A stretch of 64,000 bases of DNA. It comes from an uncultured Actinomycetota bacterium. GTDB lineage: Bacteria; Actinomycetota; Geothermincolia; Geothermincolales; RBG-13-55-18. The position numbers and the translations under genes are program-made. The stretch lies in assembly GCA_964462595.1 (NCBI GenBank), contig CAYWXM010000023.1, positions 71,543 to 135,542 of the forward strand, in the 5' to 3' direction. How positions within the stretch are numbered: the stretch's first letter is position 1; every line of letters starts with the position of its first letter. Below the pieces are notes generated by a model that was not told where the DNA came from, made no database searches, and was given only the letters and a program-made list of their open reading frames with translations. Positions 39,058 to 48,586 of this stretch are shown here, piece by piece.

Positions 39058-39879
39058 TCAGAACGGGCGTTGCCTGTCTTTGCGCCAGTTGTCCATGGAC
39101 TTGTCGGCTCCCAGGACATGAAAAACAAAATCGATAGCCCTGGGCATGCAGAGGCCCCTTAAAAAGGAGACCAGGAGCACGTTGGCGCGGGGAACGCAAA
39201 TCTCGGCCTTGTTCTTTTTCACCGCATCCACAACGGCCTTTGAAACCCTCATCGGATCCTGCCAGCTGGTGATGATGGGCACCTTGGCCCCCTCGAACAT
39301 GCCGGTGGATACGTACCCGGGATTCACTATGGTGAAATCCACCCCGCTACCGCGGGTTTCCATGCGAATGGCGTCCGTAATGCCGATGCCGGCAAACTTG
39401 GTGGCGCAGTAACCGCCCATCTTCGCCGTGCCCACTTTACCGGCTACTGAGCATATGTTAACCACGTGTCCAGACCCTCTTTTCACCATCTCCGGGACCA
39501 CGGCCTGCATCATCCAGACATAACCCATGTAGTTGACTTCCATCATTCGCCGCACCGACTTCTCGGACAGCTCCAATACCGCGTAGCATTCGGTTATTCC
39601 CGCATTGTTGATAAGCACGTCTATGGGGCCGACCTCTGACATGACCTTCTCCGCTACTTCGAAGCAGTTGGAACGGTCCGATACGTCGAGCTTGTGGCCG
39701 TGCGCATCGCAACCATGCTGGCGCAATTCTCCCAAAGCCTCTTCCAGCCCCTGTTCATCGACGTCAGTGAGCACCACCCTGCAGCCTTCCCGACAGAAAT
39801 TCTCCGCATGTAATCTTCCCATTCCGCGAGATGCCCCCGTCACCAGCACGGTTTTTCCTCTCAGTTCCTTCATCTCCAT
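39058..39879 (-). CDS. SDR-family short-chain dehydrogenase/reductase
   Basis: 273-aa ORF with TGASRGMG (the TGxxxGxG motif), NNAG and a YxxxK-type catalytic region. Confidence 0.85.
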   Translation of the reverse strand: MEMKELRGKTVLVTGASRGMGRLHAENFCREGCRVVLTDVDEQGLEEALGELRQHGCDAHGHKLDVSDRSNCFEVAEKVMSEVGPIDVLINNAGITECYAVLELSEKSVRRMMEVNYMGYVWMMQAVVPEMVKRGSGHVVNICSVAGKVGTAKMGGYCATKFAGIGITDAIRMETRGSGVDFTIVNPGYVSTGMFEGAKVPIITSWQDPMRVSKAVVDAVKKNKAEICVPRANVLLVSFLRGLCMPRAIDFVFHVLGADKSMDNWRKDRQRPF

Positions 39880-39938
39880 ACCTTTCTCTTGCCTGACGAC
39901 CCCTTATCGACTTCCTGCAACATATCGATCATCGTGGG

Positions 39939-40721
39939 TCAGCTCAGCTCCATGAGCTTGTCCAGCCCAAGTATTAGCCCCCGCAGTTCGGCAGATTTCC
40001 TGATTGCCATTATAACCCCGGGCATAAAGGAGGTGCGGTCAAGTGAATCGTGGCGTATGGTGAGTGTCTGCCCCATGCCGCCGAATATCACTTCCTGGTG
40101 GGCAACCAGGCCGGGAAGGCGCACGGAATGAATATGGATTCCGCCCACGTCCAGCCCCCGTGGACCATCATGTTCATCATGTTCATCCTGCATGTCTTCC
40201 TGCTCTCGTATAAGCCTGGCGGTCAAGAGCGCGGTGCCGGATGGCGCGTCCAGTTTTCCTGCGTGGTGTAGTTCGACGATCTCACATTGCGGGAGAAAAC
40301 GCGCTGCGCGGCGCGCGAAATCCATCATCAGCACTGCACCGATAGCGAAGTTCGGAGCGATCAGGCATCCTGTCTCTTTCTGGCTGGCTAAGCTTTCGAA
40401 ACTATCCAGGTCCGATGTATCGAATCCAGTAGTTCCCACCACGCAGGGCATTCCCTGCCCGAGGGCATAGCTTATGTTGTGTCTCGCGGCGGTAGCGATC
40501 GAGAAATCGACCATGACCTCCGCCCCACTCTCGTCCAGGCTCTCTACCAGGCCGGATACCGGCAGATCGCTTTCAATATCCGGCACCAGTTCGTCTACTC
40601 TCTTTCCCTCCCATGCAGGATCCACGGCGCATACGAGATCGAGATCTTGCTCCGCCGATACGGCCCTGCAGACTTCCCTTCCCATGCGCCCACCCGCACC
40701 GCAAACGCCTACTTTCATCAA
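39939..40721 (-). CDS. dapB: 4-hydroxy-tetrahydrodipicolinate reductase
   Basis: 260-aa ORF with the N-terminal Rossmann motif VGVCGAGGRMG and the EIVELHHAGKLDAPSGTA DapB signature. Confidence 0.9.
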   Translation of the reverse strand: MMKVGVCGAGGRMGREVCRAVSAEQDLDLVCAVDPAWEGKRVDELVPDIESDLPVSGLVESLDESGAEVMVDFSIATAARHNISYALGQGMPCVVGTTGFDTSDLDSFESLASQKETGCLIAPNFAIGAVLMMDFARRAARFLPQCEIVELHHAGKLDAPSGTALLTARLIREQEDMQDEHDEHDGPRGLDVGGIHIHSVRLPGLVAHQEVIFGGMGQTLTIRHDSLDRTSFMPGVIMAIRKSAELRGLILGLDKLMELS

Positions 40722-40825
40722 AGCTCTCCCCCTCGAAAAAGGCCGCCGATGCTTTATATCGATATCATCATGTCATGCTGCGATCATGGAGCATACGCTA
40801 AATGCGGGCCTCAGCTGTTTCTTTA

Positions 40826-42088
40826 TCAGAACAGGTGGCCCTGTATCTCTTTCCCCTCGAATGGGCCGATGGCCGTCACCACAAGCTTTCTCGAGCCGAA
40901 AATCTCTCTTGCCAGTTTGCAAACGTCTTCTTCCGTTACCTTGTCAATACGCTGCAGCAACTCGTCGAGGCTCAGTATCTCTCCCTGGCATATTTCGGCT
41001 TTCCCGAGGCGGGTCATGCGGCTGCCGCTGTCTTCCAGGCTCAGGACAAGGTTGCCTTTTATATGCCCCTTGGCCCGCTCGAGTTCTTCGGGGCTTATCC
41101 CCCTTTCCAGCATCTGTTCGATCTCCTCCTTTATCAACTCCAGAACGGCGGAGACGTTCTCGGGATTGGTCCCGGCGTAAACGGCCATCAATCCCGTCTC
41201 CACGTACATGGAATGATAGGAGAATATGGAGTAGGCAAGGGAGCGCTCTTCCCTTATTTTTTGAAAGAGCCGGGAACTCATACCTCCGCCCAGGATATTG
41301 TCGAGTATCGCCAGTATAAAGCGAGACGGGTGCTGCCTGGGCAGGCCTTGCGTCCCCAGAACGATATGGGCCTGCTCGGTAGGCCGGTTATAGACCACGG
41401 TATGGGGCCTTATCTGGGGCAACACGCTGTGCCTCTCGTGCCTCTCCTTACCTCCGTCGTTGTCCATCAATCGTTCCACCAGTTCAACCACTTCTTCGTG
41501 CTCTATGTTGCCCGCTGCAGCGACCACGGTGTTCCCGGGACGGTAGAAACGGCCGAAATACGCCATGATTTCCTCGCTGCCCAGGGTACGGACCACGTTC
41601 TGCTGGCCCAGTACACTCTGCCCGAGTGGGTGCGATTCCCATAAAGCCGAAACAAACAGGTCATGTATGATGTCATCGGGTGAATCCTCGTGCATGGCGA
41701 TCTCCTCGAGGATCACCTTTCTTTCAGAATCCACGTCCTTGGGGCGCATGAGGGACCGCATGAGCATGTCCGTCATAACCTCGAAGGCGTCCTTGACCTT
41801 CTCGTCCAGCACCTTTGCGTAATAGCAGGTGTATTCCTTGGCGGAGAACGCGTTAAGCTCTCCTCCCATGGTATCGAATTCCTCGGCTATGCGTTTTGCG
41901 CTACGCCTTGATGTGCCCTTGAAGAGGAGGTGTTCGATGAAATGGCTTATACCCGAGAGCTCCTGGGGTTCATCGCGCGAGCCAACCCCCACCCAGAACC
42001 CCGTTGTCACGCTGCGCAGGTTTGGCATCCGCTCCGTGAGGATACGGATGCCTTTACTGCTGTCGCTGCGCTGGAAATGCTTTTCCAT
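40826..42088 (-). CDS. M16-family zinc metallopeptidase (pitrilysin/insulinase-like)
   Basis: It has the HxxEH inverted zinc motif (HFIEHLLFKG) and the M16 C-terminal domain. The probable start is the ATG at 42086-42088. The listed ORF (to 42274) overlaps the pnp 3' end. Confidence 0.85.
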   Translation of the reverse strand: MEKHFQRSDSSKGIRILTERMPNLRSVTTGFWVGVGSRDEPQELSGISHFIEHLLFKGTSRRSAKRIAEEFDTMGGELNAFSAKEYTCYYAKVLDEKVKDAFEVMTDMLMRSLMRPKDVDSERKVILEEIAMHEDSPDDIIHDLFVSALWESHPLGQSVLGQQNVVRTLGSEEIMAYFGRFYRPGNTVVAAAGNIEHEEVVELVERLMDNDGGKERHERHSVLPQIRPHTVVYNRPTEQAHIVLGTQGLPRQHPSRFILAILDNILGGGMSSRLFQKIREERSLAYSIFSYHSMYVETGLMAVYAGTNPENVSAVLELIKEEIEQMLERGISPEELERAKGHIKGNLVLSLEDSGSRMTRLGKAEICQGEILSLDELLQRIDKVTEEDVCKLAREIFGSRKLVVTAIGPFEGKEIQGHLF

Positions 42089-42104
42089 GATGGAACGGGT
42101 ACCG

Positions 42105-44405
42105 CTACCAGTTCTTTCTGTCCTGTCTTGGACGGTTGGGATCTCCCTTATCCCTGTCCTTGCCCTGCGGCGGGCCGGACTGGTAGCGTGGCTGCCGTGA
42201 GTCCCTGCGCCCATCGGGCCTGCGCTCGTTACGGGGCGGTCCCTCGGGAAGATCGTCCGGAATCTTGAGGTCAATTGCCCTCAAGTTTATCCTTCCCATC
42301 TTGTCGATCTCCATTACCTCAACGTTAACCTTGTCTCCGACGTTGATAACGTCTTCCACGCGTGGTATGTGGCGATCGGCCAGCTTGGATATATGTATCA
42401 GACCTTCCTTGCCCGGGAGGATCTCTACGAAAGCCCCGAAGCTGGTGGTGCGGGTGACCGTTCCCTCGTACTGTTCCCCGGCTTTAGCTTCACGTATGAT
42501 CTGCTCTACCATACGCCTGGCCCCCTGTGCGCTCGCCAGGTCTTTGGCGGTGATGAACACGCGACCGTCATCCTCTATGTCCAACTCTACGTCATGCTCG
42601 GCCATGATGCGGTGGATAACCTTGCCCCCGGGGCCGATAACCTCGCGTATCTTGTCCACCGGCACCTCGAATGTGACTACGCGCGGTGCGTAAGGCGATA
42701 GATCGCCTCTTGGCTCCTGCATGGTTTCCCTTATCTTGCGCAGTATGTAGAGGCGGGCTTCCCGGGCTTGAGCCAGGGCACGCTGCATGGTTTCAACCGT
42801 TATACCCTGTACCTTCATATCCATCTGCAGCGCGGTAATACCCGTATCGGTTCCCGCGACCTTGAAGTCCATGTCTCCGTACTTATCCTCGAAACCCTGG
42901 ATATCCGTGAGAACCGATACCTTATCCTCTTCTTTTATCAGGCCCATGGCTATTCCAGCCACTGCCTTGTTGCCTTTCAGGGGCACGCCGGCATCCATCA
43001 ACGCCAGGGTAGATGCGCACACCGAGGCCATGGAGGTTGATCCATTGGACGACAGGACCTCGGAAACAAGCCGGATCGTATACGGGAACACATCTTCGTC
43101 CGGGATGATGCTCACCAGCGCCCTCTCGGAGAGTGCCCCGTGCCCTATTTCCCTGCGGCGTGGACCTCGCAGCATGCCTGTCTCCCCCACGGAGAAGGGT
43201 GGGAAATTATAATGATGCAGGTAGCGCTTGCTCTCGTCTGGAGAGAGGTCGTCTATTTTCTGCATGTCACTGATGGGGCCCAGGGTAAGCAATGTCAGTA
43301 CCTGGGTAAGGCCCCGCTTGAACAATCCCGAGCCATGAGTGCGGGATATCAGACCTACCTCGCAGGATATGGGCCGTATCTCTTCCGGGCGCCTGCCATC
43401 AATACGCATATCCTCTTCCAGGATCATGCGGCGCATGGTTTTTCCCACCATTTTGCTGAAGTATTCCCTGGTGGCCTCGATAAATTCTCCGTTCGCCCCC
43501 TCCATCTCGGCCGCCAGGATCATCTCGGTCTGCAGATTTTCCATGCCGCGATCGCGCTCCGTCTTGTCCAGCTGGTTACGTGCCGTATCCCTCACCAGTT
43601 GCTCGACGCGGGAATCCATATCGGGAAAACGCGTGCGCACGGCGTCAAAATCGAAGTTCCTGAGGTTAACGCTTCGTTTCTCCTTCCCGACCTCCCTCAT
43701 CATCTGCTGCTGTATTTTGATTATCTCCCGGATACCCTGCTTCGAGAACTCGAGGGCATCAACCATATCTTCCTCGGGTACCTGGGATGCCCCCGCTTCC
43801 ACCATTATCACGTCTATCTCGTTTGTATCCTTGTTCAACACTCCTGCAACCACGAGGTCAAGGCTGCTTTCCTCCAGCTCTTGAAGGGTAGGATTGAGCC
43901 TTGGCCCATCCGCGAACAACCCGACCCTGACCGCCCCAACGGGTCCGTTAAAGGGAATATCGGATATGCTCAATGCCGCAGATGCGCCGTTTATGGCCAT
44001 TACGTCCGGAGGGTTTGTCTGGTCAACGGAAAGTATGGTGGCGATAACCTGTACCTCTATGCGCATTCCCTCCGGGAAAGTCGGCCTTAGGGGGCGGTCT
44101 ATGAGACGCGCGTTCAGGATGGACTTTTCGGAAGGCCTTCCTTCACGGCGAAAAAAACCGCCCGGTATCTTACCTGCCGCATACATCCTCTCCTCTACAT
44201 CAACGACCAGGGGAAAGAAATCGCGGTCCACCTCGTGCTTTGAGCCCATGGCGGTTACCAGGATATCGGTGCCGCCACAGGATACGACGACCGCTCCGTC
44301 AGCTAATCCGGCGAGTTTCCCGACCTCCAGCTCGGTTACCTTTCCGGTGATCTCCAACGAGTATTTTCTAATGTCTTCTTCGGTCATTTCTTCTCTCATC
44401 TCCAT
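42105..44405 (-). CDS. pnp: polyribonucleotide nucleotidyltransferase (PNPase), with a basic C-terminal tail
   Basis: 766-aa ORF with two RNase PH domains, KH and S1 domains, and an extra tail of about 60 aa rich in Arg/Pro/Asp. Confidence 0.95.
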   Translation of the reverse strand: MEMREEMTEEDIRKYSLEITGKVTELEVGKLAGLADGAVVVSCGGTDILVTAMGSKHEVDRDFFPLVVDVEERMYAAGKIPGGFFRREGRPSEKSILNARLIDRPLRPTFPEGMRIEVQVIATILSVDQTNPPDVMAINGASAALSISDIPFNGPVGAVRVGLFADGPRLNPTLQELEESSLDLVVAGVLNKDTNEIDVIMVEAGASQVPEEDMVDALEFSKQGIREIIKIQQQMMREVGKEKRSVNLRNFDFDAVRTRFPDMDSRVEQLVRDTARNQLDKTERDRGMENLQTEMILAAEMEGANGEFIEATREYFSKMVGKTMRRMILEEDMRIDGRRPEEIRPISCEVGLISRTHGSGLFKRGLTQVLTLLTLGPISDMQKIDDLSPDESKRYLHHYNFPPFSVGETGMLRGPRRREIGHGALSERALVSIIPDEDVFPYTIRLVSEVLSSNGSTSMASVCASTLALMDAGVPLKGNKAVAGIAMGLIKEEDKVSVLTDIQGFEDKYGDMDFKVAGTDTGITALQMDMKVQGITVETMQRALAQAREARLYILRKIRETMQEPRGDLSPYAPRVVTFEVPVDKIREVIGPGGKVIHRIMAEHDVELDIEDDGRVFITAKDLASAQGARRMVEQIIREAKAGEQYEGTVTRTTSFGAFVEILPGKEGLIHISKLADRHIPRVEDVINVGDKVNVEVMEIDKMGRINLRAIDLKIPDDLPEGPPRNERRPDGRRDSRQPRYQSGPPQGKDRDKGDPNRPRQDRKNW

Positions 44406-44438
44406 TCATTTCTTTTCTTGTCCTGGATGCGGGCTCCA

Positions 44439-44708
44439 TCACCGCCTCAGTCCCAACCTCTCGATAAGCTCGCGGTAACGCTCCACATCCTTGTCCTTGA
44501 GGTAGTCGAGTAATCTTCTTCTCTTTCCTACCATTTTCAGCAGTCCTCTGCGGGAATGGTGGTCTTTCTTGTGCAGCTTGAGATGTTCGGTAAGGTCATC
44601 GATGCGCTTAGAGAGGATGGCTATCTGTACTTCTGCGGATCCCGTATCCTTTTCGTGAGACCTGTACTCCTCGATAATCTCGAGTTTACGATCGCTGCTG
44701 AGGGGCAT
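44439..44708 (-). CDS. rpsO: 30S ribosomal protein S15
   Basis: 89-aa ORF reading ...[49 protein letters not shown]. Confidence 0.95.
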   Translation of the reverse strand: MPLSSDRKLEIIEEYRSHEKDTGSAEVQIAILSKRIDDLTEHLKLHKKDHHSRRGLLKMVGKRRRLLDYLKDKDVERYRELIERLGLRR

Positions 44709-44919
44709 GCCTTTTCACCTCCTTTATCCCCATGAACCCAAGAAGGAAGTCGGCACTCTCCCTACCTAGGTCCAGGTTTAGACGGCCCTCATGCCGCCTA
44801 TACTTATTTCTGCTCGTTATCCTACCCGATGAGATGATAACACAGCGCTTAACTGGCGGTAAATCCGGCAGCTAATGCTGGTGTCTTCTCGTTTCCGGTA
44901 TGTGGCCAACGATGTTCGT

Positions 44920-45879
44920 TCAGGCTCGAGAGCTGTTTCCCTTCTTTCCTTCAAATCTGTTCAGGGCGTTTCTCACGTCTCGTCCGATCTGGTCGACCAG
45001 AGAACGGGGGTCTGGGAACCTCTTCTCCCCCCGCAATCTGAACTGGAACGATATGCCCAGAAAGCGGCCGTAAAGATCCTCTTCCCAGCCGGGGATATGC
45101 ACCTCGACTCGCCTCTTTACCTCCTGGTCGTGCTCGAAAGTCGGCACGTCCCCAACGTAGCTCACGGCCGGCAACACCTGATGTTCGAGGTAGGCCTGGC
45201 CGGAGTAAACTCCGTTTGCAGGAATACAGCGGTTGTCGTGGATCTCGATGTTTGCGGTTGGAAATCCCAGCTTCCTGCCTCTTGCTTCACCCCGCACCAC
45301 CATGCCCTCGATCATGTAGTCCCACCCCAGTCGCTTTTTTGCTTCCTCAACCTCTCCGCGTTCGATCATCTTTCTTATCAGCGTGCTGGATATCACCTCT
45401 CCATTATCGCGCAGCAGGGGAACCGATATCGCCGATATGCCTAGGCGCTTCCCCAGTCCGTCCAGGAAAGCGATATCCCCCTCGCCTCCTTTTCCAAAAT
45501 GGAAATTCTCACCCAGGACCACTTCACGTGAGTGCAACTCCCCCGCCAGCAATCCCTCGACGAAATCCTCGGCTGAAATAGACGCGAACTCATCGTCAAA
45601 ATGGGCCATGAGCACTATATCCACATCAAGTTCTTCCATCAGCCTCAGTTTCTGCGCGCTCGAGGAAAGGAGTTTGGGGTGTTTCCCGGGTTTCAGTATC
45701 TCGAGAGGATGACGATCGAAGGTGAAAACCACGCAGCGCAGGCCCAGTTCCCGTGCCCTCTCATGTGCGATATGTATTATCTTCTGATGGCCGCGGTGCA
45801 CTCCGTCGAACATGCCGATGGTCACCACCGTTTCGCTCATGTTCTGTGGTATAGCACCCGTACCCGGTATTATCTCCAT
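44920..45879 (-). CDS. ribF: bifunctional riboflavin kinase / FMN adenylyltransferase
   Basis: 319-aa ORF with an FAD synthetase N-half (GMFDGVHRGHQ) and a riboflavin kinase C-half (GFPTANI, PANGVY). Confidence 0.95.
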   Translation of the reverse strand: MEIIPGTGAIPQNMSETVVTIGMFDGVHRGHQKIIHIAHERARELGLRCVVFTFDRHPLEILKPGKHPKLLSSSAQKLRLMEELDVDIVLMAHFDDEFASISAEDFVEGLLAGELHSREVVLGENFHFGKGGEGDIAFLDGLGKRLGISAISVPLLRDNGEVISSTLIRKMIERGEVEEAKKRLGWDYMIEGMVVRGEARGRKLGFPTANIEIHDNRCIPANGVYSGQAYLEHQVLPAVSYVGDVPTFEHDQEVKRRVEVHIPGWEEDLYGRFLGISFQFRLRGEKRFPDPRSLVDQIGRDVRNALNRFEGKKGNSSRA

Positions 45880-46020
45880 TTCCAGATGTTCTCTTTTCTT
45901 TCTTCTTCCGCGCCCTCATCCCCGTTTCCGTCCGCGGTCTCCGGATATCTCCATATAGAGTAAATGCATGGACCGCCCTTTTCAATCTTCGCATAGACCA
46001 GACTACGGGCCTGGCTTCCC

Positions 46021-46935
46021 CTACATCATGCGCAGGGCACGGGATTTGTAAGGTTTAACGCTTGAGACCAGGTGCATGCCTATTAACTCGCCGGCGCCGA
46101 AAACGGCCACCACATCGCCATCGGTTATGCCCTCATCGGCTTCCTGCAATATGTCGGGTCCAATGGGCATGCCGTTGCGGACCACCTTAATGCCCTTCTC
46201 GGTTGCCTTTACGCGTTTATAACCCTGCAGCGCCGCATCCAGCGAAAGCGGAAACTCGTATCCTTTCAGCAAACGCTCCTTTAATTCCTCCAGGCTCAAC
46301 GCATCCGCCACGTTGAACGGTCCGGAAGCTAAGCGTCGCAGCCTCGATATAGTCCCGCCGCAAGCGAGCATGTCTCCAATGCGAGCGGCCAGCTCCCTCA
46401 CATACGTTCCCGGAGAGCAGGCCACCAGGAAATCTACCTCTGCACAGGCTCCACTCCTGCGGAATCCCTTCATCTCCGCGCTGTAAACCTGCACATGCCT
46501 GCTTTTCCTGGGTACATGCTCTCCCATGCGTGCATAGCGATAGAGCGGCTTGCCCCGGTACTTCACCGCCGAATACATGGGCGGTAACTGCTCGAGCTCT
46601 CCGACAAGCGAAGCGAGTGCCTCTTCTACCGCTTCCGGCCCATCCTTATACCCGTTATGCGACGTCACCTTGCCCTCGACATCCATGCTGTCCGTAGTCA
46701 AACCGAGCAGGATACAGCCCTCGTATATCTTGGGGTCACCCTGTATATAGGAGGCGAGCTTAGTCGCCCTGCCCGTAAGCACGACGAGGATTCCCGAAGC
46801 CAGGGGATCAAGGGTGCCTGTATGTCCTGCCTTGTCGATGCCCAGGATGCCTTTTACGGATGCCACAACGTCGTGCGAGGTCGGACCGCACTGCTTGTCT
46901 ATCAGGAGGAAACCCGGCCTTTGCCACCTAAGCAC
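46021..46935 (-). CDS. truB: tRNA pseudouridine(55) synthase
   Basis: 304-aa ORF with KxxGxTSHD (KQCGPTSHDVV) and GTLDPLASG motifs and a PUA C-terminus. Confidence 0.95.
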   Translation of the reverse strand: MLRWQRPGFLLIDKQCGPTSHDVVASVKGILGIDKAGHTGTLDPLASGILVVLTGRATKLASYIQGDPKIYEGCILLGLTTDSMDVEGKVTSHNGYKDGPEAVEEALASLVGELEQLPPMYSAVKYRGKPLYRYARMGEHVPRKSRHVQVYSAEMKGFRRSGACAEVDFLVACSPGTYVRELAARIGDMLACGGTISRLRRLASGPFNVADALSLEELKERLLKGYEFPLSLDAALQGYKRVKATEKGIKVVRNGMPIGPDILQEADEGITDGDVVAVFGAGELIGMHLVSSVKPYKSRALRMM

Positions 46936-47896
46936 GCCTGTCCTTCAGTCTTTCTACCAGGTCCGCTATACTGCCCTCGATATCCAAATCGGAGGTATAA
47001 CCGGCGGCCATGGCGTGCCCGCCTCCACCCATTTTGCGAGCGATCGGCCCTACCTCGAAACCGTCACGAGAGCGAAGGCTGACCCTGACCTTACCGTCTT
47101 CCAGCTCCTTGAACAGGGCAGCTACGAGAGTACCGCGCACCGATCTCAAATGGTCTATGAGGTCCTCCGTCTCCGGCAGGATCGCCCCCGTATCAGACAG
47201 GTCCTGCTGGGTTATAAAGCTGTACGCAAGCCCGCAATCTTCCACTAATTCTACGCGCTCCAGAGTCCGCCCCAGCAGCCTGGTATAGGAAAGAGACTGG
47301 TTACCATAAACTTCATGCACTACCTGGAATATATCCGCTCCCGCGGACGCCAGCTCGTAAGCCATGACAAAGGAATCCGAATTAGTGTTGCGGTGCTGGA
47401 AACGTCCGGTATCCGTTACCAGGCCGGTGTATAGGCAGGTAGCCTCCCGATCATCGATTTTCCAACCCGCGCGTTTTATAACCCTGTAGATTATTTCCGA
47501 AGCAGACGAAGCCTTTTTATCCACGAGGTTGAAAGTCCCGTACATCTTGTTGTCCTCGTGATGGTCGATGTTAATAAGCGTCCCGGCCGAAAAAGCCGTT
47601 TCCTTCACCGGACCCAGCCGTTCCGGGTTGCTGCAGTCTAGTGCTATGAACAGCCCCAGCCCCGGCTCTATATCCCCCGGGTCGATCAGCAACTCCCTCC
47701 CTGGCAGGAATTCATATTGAGGCGGATATTTCCACGGTTCGGGGATACAGGGATAGACGCGTTTTCCTTCCTCGCGCAGGACCATGGCCAGCGCCAGCAA
47801 TGAACCTATGCTGTCCCCGTCGGGGTTGATATGGGACGTTATGCCCGCTGCCTCGACTTCCCTCATCTTCGAGATGATGCTCTCGAGCTCGCTCAT
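46928..47896 (-). CDS. nrnA: bifunctional oligoribonuclease / pAp phosphatase NrnA (DHH-DHHA1)
   Basis: 322-aa ORF with DHH motifs (HINPDGDSIGS, DHH) and a DHHA1 domain with GGGH. Confidence 0.85.
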   Translation of the reverse strand: MSELESIISKMREVEAAGITSHINPDGDSIGSLLALAMVLREEGKRVYPCIPEPWKYPPQYEFLPGRELLIDPGDIEPGLGLFIALDCSNPERLGPVKETAFSAGTLINIDHHEDNKMYGTFNLVDKKASSASEIIYRVIKRAGWKIDDREATCLYTGLVTDTGRFQHRNTNSDSFVMAYELASAGADIFQVVHEVYGNQSLSYTRLLGRTLERVELVEDCGLAYSFITQQDLSDTGAILPETEDLIDHLRSVRGTLVAALFKELEDGKVRVSLRSRDGFEVGPIARKMGGGGHAMAAGYTSDLDIEGSIADLVERLKDRRA

Positions 47897-48252
47897 CTTC
47901 CTTCCTCTCCGAGCTCGCGCAGGATATCTTGCACCCTCTCGCTTATCTCCGGCCCGCGATCCAGGATAATCTTGAGTTCGGGCGTGTATCTCATTCGCAC
48001 CCGCATTCCCAGCTCCTTTCGCAAGAAGCCCTTCGCTTTCTCCAGTACCTGCATGGCGGTTTCGACCTCTTCATCAGAGCCCATTACACTGAACCATACC
48101 TTTGCCTGGTGAAGGTCGGGGCTTACCTCCACGCTGGTAACGGTTACCAACCCCAGGCGCGGATCCTTCATCTCTTCCAGCAATATCTCACCCAGCGCTT
48201 CCCGGCAGGCCTCGTTGACCCTCTTTATACGATCGGGGATCACTTCTCTCAC
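47893..48252 (-). CDS. rbfA: ribosome-binding factor A
   Basis: 119-aa ORF with the KH-like RbfA sequence (RVNEACREALGEIL...VTVTSVEVSPDL). Confidence 0.9.
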   Translation of the reverse strand: MREVIPDRIKRVNEACREALGEILLEEMKDPRLGLVTVTSVEVSPDLHQAKVWFSVMGSDEEVETAMQVLEKAKGFLRKELGMRVRMRYTPELKIILDRGPEISERVQDILRELGEEGR

Positions 48253-48274
48253 CTCGATATTAGAAAGAAAGCTA

Positions 48275-48586
48275 TCAGGGTCTGAAGATGGTCACGGGCG
48301 ATTCAAGGACTTCCGCTTTCCCCGCAGCCCTGACACTGCGATCGACATTGCTGAGTATCTTGCGCACAGTGTATTCGCTGTTGCTCACGCAGGTTATTCC
48401 CAGGCTGCATACCTGCCACAGGTCCTGTTTGTCCACCTCTGCAACCGCGACATTGAAACGGCTGTGTGTACGATCGATAATCGACTTCACTACCTGGCGT
48501 TTTTCCTTGAGGGTCCGGCACTGGGGCATATACAGTTCGATCCTCAGCGCTCCAACGAACATGGCGCCGCCCTCCTCAGGAGCCAT
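48275..48586 (-). CDS. DUF503-family protein (YlxP-like)
   Basis: 103-aa ORF in the conserved slot between infB and rbfA. It has the typical sequence LRIELYMPQCRTLKEKRQVV. Confidence 0.75.
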   Translation of the reverse strand: MAPEEGGAMFVGALRIELYMPQCRTLKEKRQVVKSIIDRTHSRFNVAVAEVDKQDLWQVCSLGITCVSNSEYTVRKILSNVDRSVRAAGKAEVLESPVTIFRP

